64,000 nucleotides of DNA from an uncultured Solirubrobacterales bacterium (GTDB lineage: Bacteria > Actinomycetota > Thermoleophilia > Solirubrobacterales > 70-9), in NCBI GenBank assembly GCA_963704515.1, contig OY969913.1:1352137-1416136 (forward strand). The letters run 5' to 3'. Position 1 is the stretch's first letter, and each line of letters begins with the position of its first letter. The notes beneath the pieces were generated by a model that did not search any database, had not been told where the DNA came from, and worked only from the letters and a program-made list of their open reading frames with translations. The position numbers and the translations under genes are program-made. Shown in pieces: positions 8,081 to 18,473 of the stretch.

Positions 8081-9474
8081 GCTTCTTCCTCCCACTCGCC
8101 CACGCGCTCGTCGCGCGCAAGGACCTGCCGATCCCGGCGTGGCTGTTCGCCTGGGGGGCGTCGATCGTCCTGATCGTCTCCTTCTTCGCGCTCTCGGCGA
8201 TGTGGCGCACACCGCGCTTCGAGAAGGAACGCTGGCGCCCGCTCGGGGCCGGATTCTCACGCGCCATGCTCAGCCGGCCAACGCAGCTCCTCTGCGGGGC
8301 GGCCGGCGTCTTCCTGCTCGGCTTCTCGATCTACGCAGGACTGCACGGGACCGAAGCACCGGACCGTAACTTCGCCCTCACCTTCCTCTTTGTAACCGTG
8401 TGGCTGGGGTTCCCGGTCTTCAGCGTGATCTTCGGTGACGTGTTCCGCCCGTTCAACCCGTGGCGCGCGGTGGGCAGGGTGGTCGGCGGGACCTTCGTCG
8501 TTATCGCCGGACAACCCCCGGCGCGCCTGTCCTACCCAGAGCGGCTGGGGCGCTGGCCGGCTGCGGCGGGCCTGCTTGCCTTCGTCTGGCTGGAGGTGGT
8601 GTACGGGGTGAACGGTGGCGTTGCGGTGGGGCTCTCGCCGCATGCCGCCGGCCTCGCAGCGCTGATCTACAGCCTCTACACGATGTTGATGATGGGCCTG
8701 TTCGGGGTCGAGCAGTGGTGCCGAACGGGTGAGGTCTTCTCGGTCTACTTCGGCATGTTCTCCCAGCTCGGCGGTTTCGGGGTGAAGGACGGCAGGCTGG
8801 GCAGGCGGCTGCCGCTCTCCGCCGCGACCCACTGGGCGACGGTCCCCGGCTCCGCGGCGGTGGTGATCGCCTCGATCGCCTCGACCAGCTTCGACGGTGC
8901 GCAGGAGGGCGCCTTCAAGGGGGCGATCGTGCAGACCTTCGAATGGCTCTTCGAAGCGGGACTCAGCCTGACGGCCTCGCTGCGCCTCGCCGACACGGTG
9001 TTCATGGTTCTCACCTTCGCTGGGGTCGGGCTCGTGTACCTGATCGGGGTGCGGGGAATGGCGAACGTGGGCGGCGCGCCGCCGCTGAAGAAGCTGCGCA
9101 CCGGGTTCGCCCACACTCTGATCCCGATCGCCTTCGCCTACCTCGTCGCTCACTACTTCAGCCTCTTCGTCTACCAGGAGCAGGCTCAGTTCACCTACCT
9201 GCTCTCGGACCCGCTCGGCACGGCGACCACCGACCTGTTCGGCACGGCGTCCTCGGGCATCGACTTCAGAGTGCTCAGCGCCAACGCGATCTGGTACGTG
9301 CAGGTGGCGGCGCTGGTCATCGGTCACGTAGTGGGACTGACGCTCGCCCACGACCGCGCCACGGCGTACTGGGGTGACTATAGGCAGGCGGCCCGCTCGC
9401 AGTACTGGATGCTGGCCGTGATGGTGGCCTTCACCTGCTTCGGCCTATACCTGCTCTCGGTGTCCAACTCATGA
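8077..9474 (+). CDS. polytopic integral membrane protein, function unknown
   Basis: 465 aa with at least 10 hydrophobic segments. Its GTG start overlaps the upstream stop (GTGA). Confidence 0.7.
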   Translation: MSFFLPLAHALVARKDLPIPAWLFAWGASIVLIVSFFALSAMWRTPRFEKERWRPLGAGFSRAMLSRPTQLLCGAAGVFLLGFSIYAGLHGTEAPDRNFALTFLFVTVWLGFPVFSVIFGDVFRPFNPWRAVGRVVGGTFVVIAGQPPARLSYPERLGRWPAAAGLLAFVWLEVVYGVNGGVAVGLSPHAAGLAALIYSLYTMLMMGLFGVEQWCRTGEVFSVYFGMFSQLGGFGVKDGRLGRRLPLSAATHWATVPGSAAVVIASIASTSFDGAQEGAFKGAIVQTFEWLFEAGLSLTASLRLADTVFMVLTFAGVGLVYLIGVRGMANVGGAPPLKKLRTGFAHTLIPIAFAYLVAHYFSLFVYQEQAQFTYLLSDPLGTATTDLFGTASSGIDFRVLSANAIWYVQVAALVIGHVVGLTLAHDRATAYWGDYRQAARSQYWMLAVMVAFTCFGLYLLSVSNS

Positions 9475-9492
9475 CCCCGCTCTTTGCGGGGG
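9475..9492 (+). terminator. GC hairpin directly after the membrane-protein stop
   Basis: ccccgc-tctt-gcgggg immediately 3' of the TGA at 9472-9474. No U-tract follows. Confidence 0.4.
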
Positions 9493-9671
9493 TAGGTGGT
9501 GAATACTGCCCATATACGCGGTTTTCTACCGATGCCGGTGCTTCGACATTTGGTTTACTGACGACGAGTCCCAGCACTTGACTCTCCCTCTCCCTTGTCG
9601 CACCGGAGTCGCTGCTTCGCAAGGCCAGCGGCTTCGGTGCCGGCCAGGTTCTACAGCCGGGCAACGAGTCG

Positions 9672-10781
9672 CTAGAGGATCTCGGCGAGGCGACGCTCAA
9701 GCGCGGCCGAGATCTCGTCCCGCACCGGGCCCTCGGCCAGCCGTTCGACCAGCGCCTCTAGGAAGCCTTCGACGATCAGTGACTTTGCCTCGGCCTCGCC
9801 GAGGCCGCGCGAGGTGAGGTAGAAGAGCTGCTCGCGGTCTACCTGGGCGACGGCGGCGGCGTGGGTGCAGCGCACGTCGTCGGCGAGGATCTCAAGGCCG
9901 GGAATCGCGTCGGCGTGCGCCTCGGTGGAGAGCAGCAGATTGCGGCTCTCCTGGAAGGCGTCGGTCTGCTGCGCTCCGGGATCGACTTTGATCATCCCGC
10001 GCCAGACGGCGGTCGCCCCGGCGGCGAGCACGCCGCGGAAGGCGAGGTCGGAGTTGGTGTTCGGCGCGGCGTGCTCCTGCGTTGTGTCGTAGTCGAGGTG
10101 CTGTCCGGCCCCGCCGGCGTAGCCGCCGGTCACCCGCGCCTCGGAACCCGGCCCGGCCAGGTTGGTCTCCATCCGCACCTTGCCGCGCGCCGAGCCGAAG
10201 CCGAGCGCCGTCCACTCGAGCCGTCCGTCGCGTTCCACCTGGGCGCGCTGGGTGGCGAAGATCCAGGCCCGCTCGGAGATGTCCTGGGTGTTGACGTAGC
10301 GCAGCGTCGCCGCCTGGCCGATGTGCAGCTCGACCACCGAGTTGAGCAGCGCGTCGACCTCGTCGCCGGGGGAGGACCAGTGCTCCCAGATCTCCGCCTC
10401 GGCGCCCTCCTCGAGTACGACCAGCGTGCGCCAGGCGACCGCCGAGCCCGGCTCGCTCAGGGGCACCTCGATCCGGATCGGCTCGGCCAGCCTCACCCCG
10501 GCCGGCACGTAAACCAGAACGCCGTCGCGCCAGGCCGCGTCGTTGCGGGCGACGAAGGGGTCGTCGGCGGGCGCCAGCGCCCCAAGCCGTCCCTCGACGA
10601 TCTCGGCGTGGGACTCGGCCGCCTCCGCCAGCGGCAGCACAAGCGCCCCGTCGGAAGCGCCGATCGAGGCCCCGGCGGCGCCCGGCTCGTAGGCGTCGGG
10701 GTCGAGCGAGGAGAGGTCGGTGAATTCCCACCCCTTCGCCTTCTGGTCGGGAAGGGGTGGGAGGGTGGCCAGCTCAGCCAA
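9672..10781 (-). CDS. sufD: Fe-S cluster assembly protein SufD
   Basis: 369 aa with the SufB/D beta-helix C-terminal pattern (...[21 protein letters not shown]). Overlaps sufB by 8 nt. Confidence 0.9.
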   Translation of the reverse strand: MAELATLPPLPDQKAKGWEFTDLSSLDPDAYEPGAAGASIGASDGALVLPLAEAAESHAEIVEGRLGALAPADDPFVARNDAAWRDGVLVYVPAGVRLAEPIRIEVPLSEPGSAVAWRTLVVLEEGAEAEIWEHWSSPGDEVDALLNSVVELHIGQAATLRYVNTQDISERAWIFATQRAQVERDGRLEWTALGFGSARGKVRMETNLAGPGSEARVTGGYAGGAGQHLDYDTTQEHAAPNTNSDLAFRGVLAAGATAVWRGMIKVDPGAQQTDAFQESRNLLLSTEAHADAIPGLEILADDVRCTHAAAVAQVDREQLFYLTSRGLGEAEAKSLIVEGFLEALVERLAEGPVRDEISAALERRLAEIL

Positions 10782-12207
10782 TCGAGCCCTCCATCTGCAG
10801 CTCGATCAGCCGATTGAGCTCGACCGCGTACTCCATCGGCAGCTCCTTGGTGACCGGCTCGATGAACCCGTTGACGATCATCTTCGAGGCCTCCTCCTCG
10901 TCGAGCCCGCGGCTCTGCAGGTAGAAGAGCTGCTCGTCGCCGATCTTCGAGACGGTCGCCTCGTGGCCGACGTCGGCGTCGTTCTCGTCGATGCGGATCG
11001 TCGGGTAGGTGTCCGAGCGCGAGTCCTCATCGAGCAGCAGGGCGTCGCAGACGACCTTCGAGCGCGACTCGGTCGCCCCGTCGGCGATTTCAAGCAGGCC
11101 GCGGTAGGTCGCCCGCCCGCCGTCCTTGGAGATCGACTTGGAGAAGATCGAGGAGGAGGTGCGCGGCGCGGCGTGGATGATCTTGCCGCCGGCGTCCTGG
11201 TGCTGGCCGTCGCCGGCGAAGGCGATCGAGAGGATCTCGCCGTGGGCTTCGGGCCCGAGCAGGTAGATCGAGGGGTACTTCATCGTCAGCTTCGAGCCGA
11301 GGTTGCAGTCGACCCACTCCATCGTCGCCTTCTCCTGCGCGATGGCCCGCTTGGTGACCAGGTTGTAGACGTTCTGCGACCAGTTCTGCACGGTCGTGTA
11401 GCGGACTCGCGAGCTCGGCTTGCAGACGATCTCGACCACGGCCGAGTGCAGCGAGTCGGTCGAGTAGACCGGCGCCGTGCAGCCCTCGATGTAGTGGACG
11501 TCGGCGCCCTCCTCGCAGATGATCAGCGTCCGCTCGAACTGGCCCATGTTCTCCGTGTTGATCCGGAAGTAGGCCTGCAGCGGCATCTCCACCTTGACCC
11601 CGGCCGGCACGTAGACGAAGGAGCCGCCTGACCAGACCGCGCTGTTGAGCGCCGCCAGCTTGTTGTCGTTGGGCGGGATCACCGTCGCCCAGTACTCGCG
11701 CACCAGGTCCTCGTGCTCGCGCAGCGCCGTGTCCATGTCGGTGAAGATCACGCCCTGGGCCTCGAGCTTCTCGTTGACCTGGTGGTAGACGACCTCGGAC
11801 TCGTACTGGGCGCCGACCCCGGAGAGGAATTTGCGCTCCGCCTCGGGGATGCCGAGTCGGTCGAAGGTGTTCTTGATGTCCTCCGGCACCTCGCTCCAGT
11901 CGCGGCTGTTCTTTTCCGAGGCGCGGACGAAGTAGTGGATGTCGTCGAAGTCGATCTGCGCGAGGTTGCCGCCCCAGCTCGGGGTCGGGCGCGAGTAGAA
12001 GTGCTCCAGCGCCTTGAGCCGGAAGTCGCGCATCCACTGCGGCTCGTCCTTGTAATCGGAGATCGATTCGACCACCTCGCGCGAGAGCCCCTTCGGCGCC
12101 TTGTAGGCGTAGCCGGACTCGGAGTCGTGAAAGCCGAACTTCTCCTTGTAATCGGAGTTGATGCCGGCGAGCGACTGTTTCTCGGCTACGACCTCGGGTG
12201 TTGCCAT
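10774..12207 (-). CDS. sufB: Fe-S cluster assembly protein SufB
   Basis: 477 aa: YKEKFGFHD...[17 protein letters not shown]...[21 protein letters not shown]. Confidence 0.95.
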   Translation of the reverse strand: MATPEVVAEKQSLAGINSDYKEKFGFHDSESGYAYKAPKGLSREVVESISDYKDEPQWMRDFRLKALEHFYSRPTPSWGGNLAQIDFDDIHYFVRASEKNSRDWSEVPEDIKNTFDRLGIPEAERKFLSGVGAQYESEVVYHQVNEKLEAQGVIFTDMDTALREHEDLVREYWATVIPPNDNKLAALNSAVWSGGSFVYVPAGVKVEMPLQAYFRINTENMGQFERTLIICEEGADVHYIEGCTAPVYSTDSLHSAVVEIVCKPSSRVRYTTVQNWSQNVYNLVTKRAIAQEKATMEWVDCNLGSKLTMKYPSIYLLGPEAHGEILSIAFAGDGQHQDAGGKIIHAAPRTSSSIFSKSISKDGGRATYRGLLEIADGATESRSKVVCDALLLDEDSRSDTYPTIRIDENDADVGHEATVSKIGDEQLFYLQSRGLDEEEASKMIVNGFIEPVTKELPMEYAVELNRLIELQMEGSIG

Positions 12208-12208
12208 C

Positions 12209-12538
12209 TCAGGAGACCTCCAGGGTGATCGTGTCGTCCACGACGGTCGTCGCGAACGTCCGCACCGGGGCGAAAGCGGGGAGCGTCTTCGGCCTGCCGG
12301 TGCTCAGGTCGAAGAGGGAGCCGTGGCGGGGACACTCGACTGTACAGGCGCCGGCGTCGAACTCGCCCTCGGCGAGCGGCCCGTCGTCATGCGAGCAGCG
12401 ATCCTCGATCGCGTAGAGCGTGCCCTCGCAGTTGAAGACGCCGATCTTGATGCCCTCGTGCTCGACCAGCTTCATCGCGCCGGGCGGCAACTCGCCGGCG
12501 GCGCAGACGCTGATCTTGGTGGTTGTGCCGTCCGTCAC
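12209..12538 (-). CDS. Rieske [2Fe-2S] ferredoxin-type protein
   Basis: The GTG at 12538 gives [20 protein letters not shown]...[11 protein letters not shown]...CPRHGSLFD (CxH...CxxH Rieske ligands). It lies directly upstream of sufB. Confidence 0.8.
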   Translation of the reverse strand: MTDGTTTKISVCAAGELPPGAMKLVEHEGIKIGVFNCEGTLYAIEDRCSHDDGPLAEGEFDAGACTVECPRHGSLFDLSTGRPKTLPAFAPVRTFATTVVDDTITLEVS

Positions 12539-12674
12539 GTTATTCCTAGTTCCGAAGTCGGATTTTAGCGTCCGCGCCGGATCGGCCGCGCACCGTAACA
12601 GGGGCTTGACTCCCGGCGGGGTGGCGGTGCGATGATCCGAGCGCCCCGAGGACCCTCGAAGATTGGAGAGCGAC

Positions 12675-13475
12675 ATGAGCGAGAGGACCAGTTACGCCCC
12701 CGGCACCCCCTGCTGGATCGACCTGAGCACGCCGAACCAGGACGCCGCGGCCGAGTTCTACAGCGGCCTCTTCGGCTGGAGCGTCGAGGAGGACGAGAAC
12801 GCGGAGGAGACCGGCGGCTACCGGGTGGCGCGCCTCAAGGACAAGGCGATCGGCGGCGTGATGAAGCTGATGCAGGAGGGCCAGCCCGTCGCCTGGTCAA
12901 GCTACGTCAGCGTCGAGGACGCCGACGCGACCGTCGCCAAGGCCCGCGAGGCCGGTGGCACGGTGATGATCGAGCCGATGGACGTCCTCGACTACGGCCG
13001 GATGGCCTTCGTCATCGACCCGACCGGCGCCGCGATCGGCGTCTGGCAGCCGGGCGTCAACATCGGCGCCGGCCTCGTCAACGAGCCGGGCGCGCTCTCC
13101 TGGAACGAGCTCGCGACGCGCGATCCCGAGGCCGCCAAGACTTTCTACTCCGCGGTCTTCGGCTGGGACTTCGTCGACCACGAGATGCCGGGAATGGGCA
13201 CCTACACCGAGTGGAAGCTCGGCGACGCCTCGATCGGCGGGATGGCCGACATCACCGGCCGCGTGCCCGACGAAGTGCCCGCCCACTGGCTGGTCTACTT
13301 CGGCGTCGAGGACGCCGACGCATCGCTGGCGAAGATCGGGGAGCTAGGCGGAAGCGTCAACTTCGGCCCGGTCGACATCCCCGCCGGCCGCTTCGGTATG
13401 GCCGTCGACCCCTGGGGCGCCGCCTTCGCCGTAATCGCCCTCAGCAAACCGGACCAGGGAACAAGCCAGAGCTAA
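12675..13475 (+). CDS. VOC (glyoxalase/bleomycin-resistance fold) family protein, two-domain
   Basis: GGAGAG ribosome-binding site 6 nt before the ATG at 12675. MSERTSYAPGTPCWIDLSTPNQDAAAEFYSGLFGW and a second FYSAVFGWDF repeat. Confidence 0.8.
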   Translation: MSERTSYAPGTPCWIDLSTPNQDAAAEFYSGLFGWSVEEDENAEETGGYRVARLKDKAIGGVMKLMQEGQPVAWSSYVSVEDADATVAKAREAGGTVMIEPMDVLDYGRMAFVIDPTGAAIGVWQPGVNIGAGLVNEPGALSWNELATRDPEAAKTFYSAVFGWDFVDHEMPGMGTYTEWKLGDASIGGMADITGRVPDEVPAHWLVYFGVEDADASLAKIGELGGSVNFGPVDIPAGRFGMAVDPWGAAFAVIALSKPDQGTSQS

Positions 13476-13897
13476 AGGGCCGTCGCTTCGCTCGGGTCGC
13501 CGGTCTGGCCCTCGTCCTCCCATTCGGCCGGCTCGCCGAGGCTGGCGCTCTTCACGACCTTTAGACCCAGCATCGCGCACTTCATCCGCGTAGCGGAGAT
13601 CTCGATCCCGAGCAGGTCGAGCACGTACTCCTTGGGCAGCCGCAGCAGCTCCTCGCGCGTCTTGCCGAGCAGCTCGTCGGTGAGCAGCGAGGTCGCCGCG
13701 GTCGAGATCGCGCAGCCCTTGCCCTCGAAGGCGACCTCCGCCACCTTGCCCTCCCCGTCGAGCCGGATCGTCACGTGCTGCTCGTCCCCGCAAAACGGAT
13801 TCGTGTCCTCGAACTCGAGGTCTGGGTCCTCCACGTGGCCGAAGTTGTGCGGCCGCTTGTAGTGCTCGAGGATCTGGTCGCGGTAGAGCTCGTCCAT
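13472..13897 (-). CDS. sufU: SufU/IscU-like Fe-S scaffold / sulfur acceptor
   Basis: LYRDQILEHYKRPHNFG...NPFCGDE...GKGCAIS...RMKCAMLG. Confidence 0.9.
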   Translation of the reverse strand: MDELYRDQILEHYKRPHNFGHVEDPDLEFEDTNPFCGDEQHVTIRLDGEGKVAEVAFEGKGCAISTAATSLLTDELLGKTREELLRLPKEYVLDLLGIEISATRMKCAMLGLKVVKSASLGEPAEWEDEGQTGDPSEATAL

Positions 13898-15156
13898 CAG
13901 AGACCGAACACCTTACGCGCGTCGTGGAGGGCCTCGACCAGGCGGTCGATCTCCTCGGGGATGGTGTGGACGGCGAAGCTGGCGCGAGCTGTCGCCGGCA
14001 CGCCGAGGCGGTCCATCAGCGGCTGGGCGCAGTGGTGGCCGGCGCGCACCGCGACCCCGTGGCGGTCGAGGATCTCCGAGACGTCGTGGGCGTGGACGCC
14101 CTCGAGCTCGAAGGAGACCGGGCCGAGGCGCTCGGGACCGGCCGGCGGGCCGAAGATCCGCAGCCCCGGCACCTCGCCGAGGCGCTCGATCGCGTAGTTG
14201 GCGATCCCGCGCTCGTGGTCGCGCACCGCCTCCATGCCGAGTCCGTCGAGCCAGCGTAGCGCCGAGGCCATGCCGATCGCCTGGGCGATCGCCGGGGTGC
14301 CGGCCTCGAAGCGGGCCGGCGGGTCGGCGTAGGTCGTGCCTTCCACGGTCACCTTGCGGATCATCGAGCCGCCGCCGAGGAAGGGCGGCATCGTGCGCAG
14401 CAGGTCGAGCCGCGCCCAGAGCGCGCCGATCCCCGTCGGCGCGTAGAGCTTGTGACCGGTCAGCGCGTAGATGTCGACGCCCAGCGCGCCGACGTCGACC
14501 GGCAGCTTCGGCGCCGCCTGGGCGCCGTCGGCCAGCACCAGTGCCCCGGCCGCGTGCGCCAGCCGGGCGATCTCGGTCAGCGGGTTCTCGGTCCCGAGCA
14601 CGTTGGAGACGTGGGTGACGGCGACCAGCTTCGGCCCGCGCTCCAGCAGCGCCGCGTAGGCCGCCATATCGAGCAGCCCGTCCTCGCCCACCCGGACCCA
14701 GTCGATCTCCGCCCCGACCCGCTCGGCCAGCTGCTGCCAGGGCACGATGTTCGAGTGGTGCTCCATCTCGGTGAGCACGACCCGGTCGCCCTTGCCGAGG
14801 TTGGCATCGCCCCAGGCGCGCGCCACCAGGTTGATCGCCTCGGTCGCGTTGCGGACGAAGATCACCTCGCGCCGGTCGGCCGCCCCCAGGTGGTCGGCGA
14901 CGGTCGCCCGCGCGCCCTCGTACGCCGCCGTCGCCTCGGCCGAGAGCGTGTGCGAGCCGCGGTGGACGTTGGAGTGGTGGCCTCGCTCGTAGCGGTCGAC
15001 CGCCTGGATCGAGGCCAGCACCCGCTGGGCGCTGGCGCCGCTGTCCAGGTAGGCGACCGGGCGCCCGTGCACCTCCCGCTCGAGGGCGGGAAAGGCGGCG
15101 CGCACCTTCTCGATCGGGAACGGGGGGGTGGAGCGCTTGGCCGTCGTCTGCTCCAT
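13897..15156 (-). CDS. sufS: cysteine desulfurase SufS
   Basis: 419 aa class-V aminotransferase: HSNVHRGSH, ALTGHKLYAPTGIG (PLP Lys), RAGHHCAQP (active Cys). Confidence 0.9.
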   Translation of the reverse strand: MEQTTAKRSTPPFPIEKVRAAFPALEREVHGRPVAYLDSGASAQRVLASIQAVDRYERGHHSNVHRGSHTLSAEATAAYEGARATVADHLGAADRREVIFVRNATEAINLVARAWGDANLGKGDRVVLTEMEHHSNIVPWQQLAERVGAEIDWVRVGEDGLLDMAAYAALLERGPKLVAVTHVSNVLGTENPLTEIARLAHAAGALVLADGAQAAPKLPVDVGALGVDIYALTGHKLYAPTGIGALWARLDLLRTMPPFLGGGSMIRKVTVEGTTYADPPARFEAGTPAIAQAIGMASALRWLDGLGMEAVRDHERGIANYAIERLGEVPGLRIFGPPAGPERLGPVSFELEGVHAHDVSEILDRHGVAVRAGHHCAQPLMDRLGVPATARASFAVHTIPEEIDRLVEALHDARKVFGL

Positions 15157-15166
15157 CGTCCCGTGC

Positions 15167-15943
15167 TTAGGCGGAGGCGCCGGCCTCCACCTCCTCGCGG
15201 ATCCAGCCGTAGCCCTTCTCCTCGAGCACGCCGACCAGCTCCGGCCCGCCTTCCTTGACGATCCGCCCCTCGTACATGACGTGGACGAAGTCCGGCTTGA
15301 CCATGTGCAGGATGCGCTGGTAGTGGGTGATGATCAGCACGCCCATGTCCGGCCCGGCGAACTGGTTGACGCCCTCGGCGACCGTGCGCAGCGCGTCGAT
15401 GTCGAGCCCCGAGTCGGTCTCGTCGAGCACCGCGATCTCGGGTCGCAGCAGGGCCAGCTGCAACAACTCCATCCGCTTCTTCTCGCCCCCCGAGAATCCG
15501 TCGTTGAGGTAGCGGCTGGAGAAGTCTTTGGGGATGTTGGCCAACGCCATCGCCTCCTGGGCGACCTTGGCGAAGTCTTTTATCTTGATCGGCTCTTCGC
15601 CGCGCGCTTCGCGCCGGGCGTTGATGATCATCCGCAGGTACTTGCTGACCGAGACGCCGGGGATCGCCACCGGGTACTGGAAGGCCATGAAGAGGCCGGC
15701 GCGCGAGCGCTCGTCGGGGTCGGCCTCGGTCATGTCCTCGCCCTTGAAGGTGATCGTCCCCTCGGTCACCTCCAGCGCCGGGTGGCCCATGATCGCGTTG
15801 GCGAGCGTCGACTTGCCGGAGCCGTTGGGGCCCATCAGGGCGTGGACCTTGCCCTTCTCGACATCGAGGTCGAGCCCCCGGAGGATCTCCTTGTCCTCGG
15901 CGCTCACGTGCAGGTTGCGTATCTCCAGCTCAGCCAATCTCAC
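15167..15943 (-). CDS. sufC: Fe-S cluster assembly ATPase SufC
   Basis: GPNGSGKST Walker A, FSGGEKKR signature, AVLDETDSGLD Walker B. Confidence 0.95.
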   Translation of the reverse strand: MRLAELEIRNLHVSAEDKEILRGLDLDVEKGKVHALMGPNGSGKSTLANAIMGHPALEVTEGTITFKGEDMTEADPDERSRAGLFMAFQYPVAIPGVSVSKYLRMIINARREARGEEPIKIKDFAKVAQEAMALANIPKDFSSRYLNDGFSGGEKKRMELLQLALLRPEIAVLDETDSGLDIDALRTVAEGVNQFAGPDMGVLIITHYQRILHMVKPDFVHVMYEGRIVKEGGPELVGVLEEKGYGWIREEVEAGASA

Positions 15944-15971
15944 TCCGTTTCATAGTTTGTGAAGGTCTGCA

Positions 15972-16445
15972 TCAGGCGGCGGCGCCGACCGTCGGCCGCT
16001 CGCCGCTCCGGCCCGGGCCGGCGAACTCCACCAGCTCGGCCAGGGTGGTGCCCGAGAGGGCTTTCGTCACGCCGCCCTGCACGCGCGTCCAGAGCAGCTT
16101 CGTCGCGCAGGCACCGTCGCCGTCGTCCTCGTGCGAGCAGAGCACTTTGCCATCTGGCGAGTCGTGGAAGCACTCCATCGGGGCGATCTGCCCTTCAAGC
16201 GCCTCGACCACCTCGTTCATGGTGATCTCCGCGGCCGGCTTGGCCAGGCGGTAACCGCCGTGCGCGCCCCGGGTCGAGGTGACCAGGCCGGCCTTGCGCA
16301 GCTTCGCCACCAGGTGCTCGAGGTAGGAGAGCGGCAGCCGCTCAGCCTCGGCGACGCTGCTCAACGAGACCGGCGCCGAGCCGGGCTGACGACCCAGCTC
16401 GACCATCAGCCGCACGCCGTACTCCGCTTTGGTTGAGAACAACAT
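15972..16445 (-). CDS. Rrf2-family transcriptional regulator with candidate Fe-S-ligand cysteines
   Basis: MLFSTKAEYGVRLMVELG...LVTSTRGAHGGYRLA plus a Cys cluster (MECF...LCSHEDDGDGAC). First gene of the sufCSU unit. Confidence 0.85.
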   Translation of the reverse strand: MLFSTKAEYGVRLMVELGRQPGSAPVSLSSVAEAERLPLSYLEHLVAKLRKAGLVTSTRGAHGGYRLAKPAAEITMNEVVEALEGQIAPMECFHDSPDGKVLCSHEDDGDGACATKLLWTRVQGGVTKALSGTTLAELVEFAGPGRSGERPTVGAAA

Positions 16446-16527
16446 CTGCCTAAATCCTACTCAACGGGTCGGTTATGGCGGCCGTCGGGGGGGGGCGAGC
16501 TTTGGGGGGTTGGCGACTTACCTACCC

Positions 16528-17451
16528 GTGGAGGGCAGGAAAGTCGCCAACCCCGATGTGCGCATTGGCGAGATCGCGGCGCGGCAGCACGGGACGATCT
16601 CCCTTGTTCAGCTGCGTGGCCTCGGTCTCACCGACAAGGCGATCCGCGGACGCGTTGCGGCGGGACGGCTCCATCGGGTTCACCGGGGGGTCTACGCAGT
16701 CGGTCATCCGCACTTGTCGGCCGAGGGAGGCTGCTTCGCGGCGGTCTTGGCTGTCGGTCGCGGACCGCATGGCGACGGCGGCCGCATCCTGGCGCGCTGG
16801 CGGGCGGCGGTGAGCCACCGCAGTGCAGCATCGCTTTGGGGGCTGCTGCCGCTGAAGGCCGGGGCATGCGACGTGGTCGTCCTGGGGAGCGCGGGCCGGG
16901 CGCGACGTCCGGGCATCCGCGTTCACCGCACGCGCAATCTCGATGCGGCAGAGGTCACTCTCCGCACCGGGGTGCCGGTCACGACGCCGGCCCGAACGGT
17001 TGCCGACCTCCGATGCGCCGCTGGCGCCCGCTATCCGGGCGCGGTATCCGCACGCGAGTTGCGCCGGGCGATTCGCCAGGCGAACGTCCTCGGATTGCCG
17101 ATCGGCGAAGAAGATGCCAGGGACCGCACTCGCAGCGACCTCGAGGACGCATTTCTCCGGCTCTGCCGGCGCCATCGCCTGCCTCCGCCTGAGGTCAACG
17201 TTCGCATCGGCCCCTACCTCGTCGACTTCCTCTGGCGGGGAGAGCGGCTCGCGGTGGAGACCGATGCCTACCTCTACCACCGAGGCAGGCAGGCCTTTCA
17301 GGATGATCGAGCTCGGGATCTGGGGTTGAGACGCCGGGGCTTCGACGTCATCCGATTCTCCGAACGGCAGATCGAAGGGGAATCCGATCGAGTCGCCGAG
17401 GTTGTCGGCTCTGCCCTCGGGGGCCGCCGTCCGGTAAACAAGGCACGGTGA
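16528..17451 (+). CDS. AbiEi-like N-terminal domain plus DUF559 endonuclease-like domain protein
   Basis: GEIAARQHGTISLVQLRGLGLTDKAIRGRVAAGRLHRVHRGVYAVGH, with C-terminal PPPEVNVRIGPYLVDFLWRGERLAVETD...RDLGLRRRGFDVIRF. The start (GTG 16528) is uncertain. Confidence 0.65.
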   Translation: MEGRKVANPDVRIGEIAARQHGTISLVQLRGLGLTDKAIRGRVAAGRLHRVHRGVYAVGHPHLSAEGGCFAAVLAVGRGPHGDGGRILARWRAAVSHRSAASLWGLLPLKAGACDVVVLGSAGRARRPGIRVHRTRNLDAAEVTLRTGVPVTTPARTVADLRCAAGARYPGAVSARELRRAIRQANVLGLPIGEEDARDRTRSDLEDAFLRLCRRHRLPPPEVNVRIGPYLVDFLWRGERLAVETDAYLYHRGRQAFQDDRARDLGLRRRGFDVIRFSERQIEGESDRVAEVVGSALGGRRPVNKAR

Positions 17452-17510
17452 GGCGGGAAGCGGTGCTTGCGCCATAATCGGGGGACCAACCGAGGAGGCT
17501 CAACGCAGCG

Positions 17511-18371
17511 ATGAAGACCACCAAGCAATCGACCTTCGGGGCGACGCTCCGCACCACGATCCTGATGGCCTCGCTCTCGGGGCTGCTGGTCGTCATCGGC
17601 GCCCTGATCGGCGGCGCCAAGACCGCGCTGCTCTTCCTCCTCTTCGCCTTCGCGATCAACTTCTTCTCCTACTTCTTCAGCGACAAGATGGCGCTGGCGA
17701 TGAGCGGCGCCAAACCGGTCTCGCGGGACGAAGCGCCGAAGCTCTACACCGCGGTCGAAGAACTGACCGCGCGCGCCGGCCTGCCGATGCCGCGCCTCTA
17801 CGTGATCCCCCAGGACCAGCCCAACGCCTTCGCCACCGGCCGCAACCCGTCGCACTCGGCGGTCGCGGTGACGCGCGGCATCCTCAACTTGCTCTCCGAA
17901 GACGAGCTGCGCGGCGTGCTCGCCCACGAGCTCACCCACATCCGCAACCGCGACATCCTGATCCAGTCGGTCGCCTCGGCGATCGGCGCCGCGATCACCT
18001 ACATCGCCTACATGCTGCTCTGGTTCGGCGACGACGACAACTCCCCGCTGGCCCTGGTCGGGCAACTGGCGACCTTCCTGCTCGCCCCAATCGCCGCCTC
18101 GATCATCCAGCTGGCGATCTCGCGCCAGCGCGAGTACGCGGCCGACGCCGGCGGCGCCGAAATCTGCGGCAACCCCGAGTCTCTGGCCAGCGCCCTGCTG
18201 CGCCTCGAGCAGGGGGCGAAGGCGACGCCGATGCAGGTCAACCAAGCGGCCGAGCCGCTCTACATCGTCAAGCCGTTCTCGGCCAAGGGCATGGCCGGCC
18301 TCTTCTCGACCCACCCCCCGATCGAGGAGCGGGTCAAAAGGCTGCGCCAGATGCGCCCGAGCCTGGGTTGA
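17511..18371 (+). CDS. htpX: zinc metalloprotease HtpX (M48)
   Basis: HELTHIRNRD (HExxH), TM segments, C-terminal FSTHPPIEERV. Confidence 0.9.
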   Translation: MKTTKQSTFGATLRTTILMASLSGLLVVIGALIGGAKTALLFLLFAFAINFFSYFFSDKMALAMSGAKPVSRDEAPKLYTAVEELTARAGLPMPRLYVIPQDQPNAFATGRNPSHSAVAVTRGILNLLSEDELRGVLAHELTHIRNRDILIQSVASAIGAAITYIAYMLLWFGDDDNSPLALVGQLATFLLAPIAASIIQLAISRQREYAADAGGAEICGNPESLASALLRLEQGAKATPMQVNQAAEPLYIVKPFSAKGMAGLFSTHPPIEERVKRLRQMRPSLG

Positions 18372-18473
18372 CCCGTCGCACCGGTTTCGGGGCGCGCGAC
18401 GCGCGCGAATTCCGTTGCAAACAATTGACATTCTGCGCGCCACACGTCGCAGACATCTCGTTACGGTGTCATC

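Noticed and set aside
16429-16527. Track start at 16429 for the DUF559 protein, overlapping the Rrf2 gene start
   Set aside because: It would place the N-terminus across the divergent promoter region and add a Gly/Arg-rich segment. GTG 16528 is the preferred start, but it is unproven.
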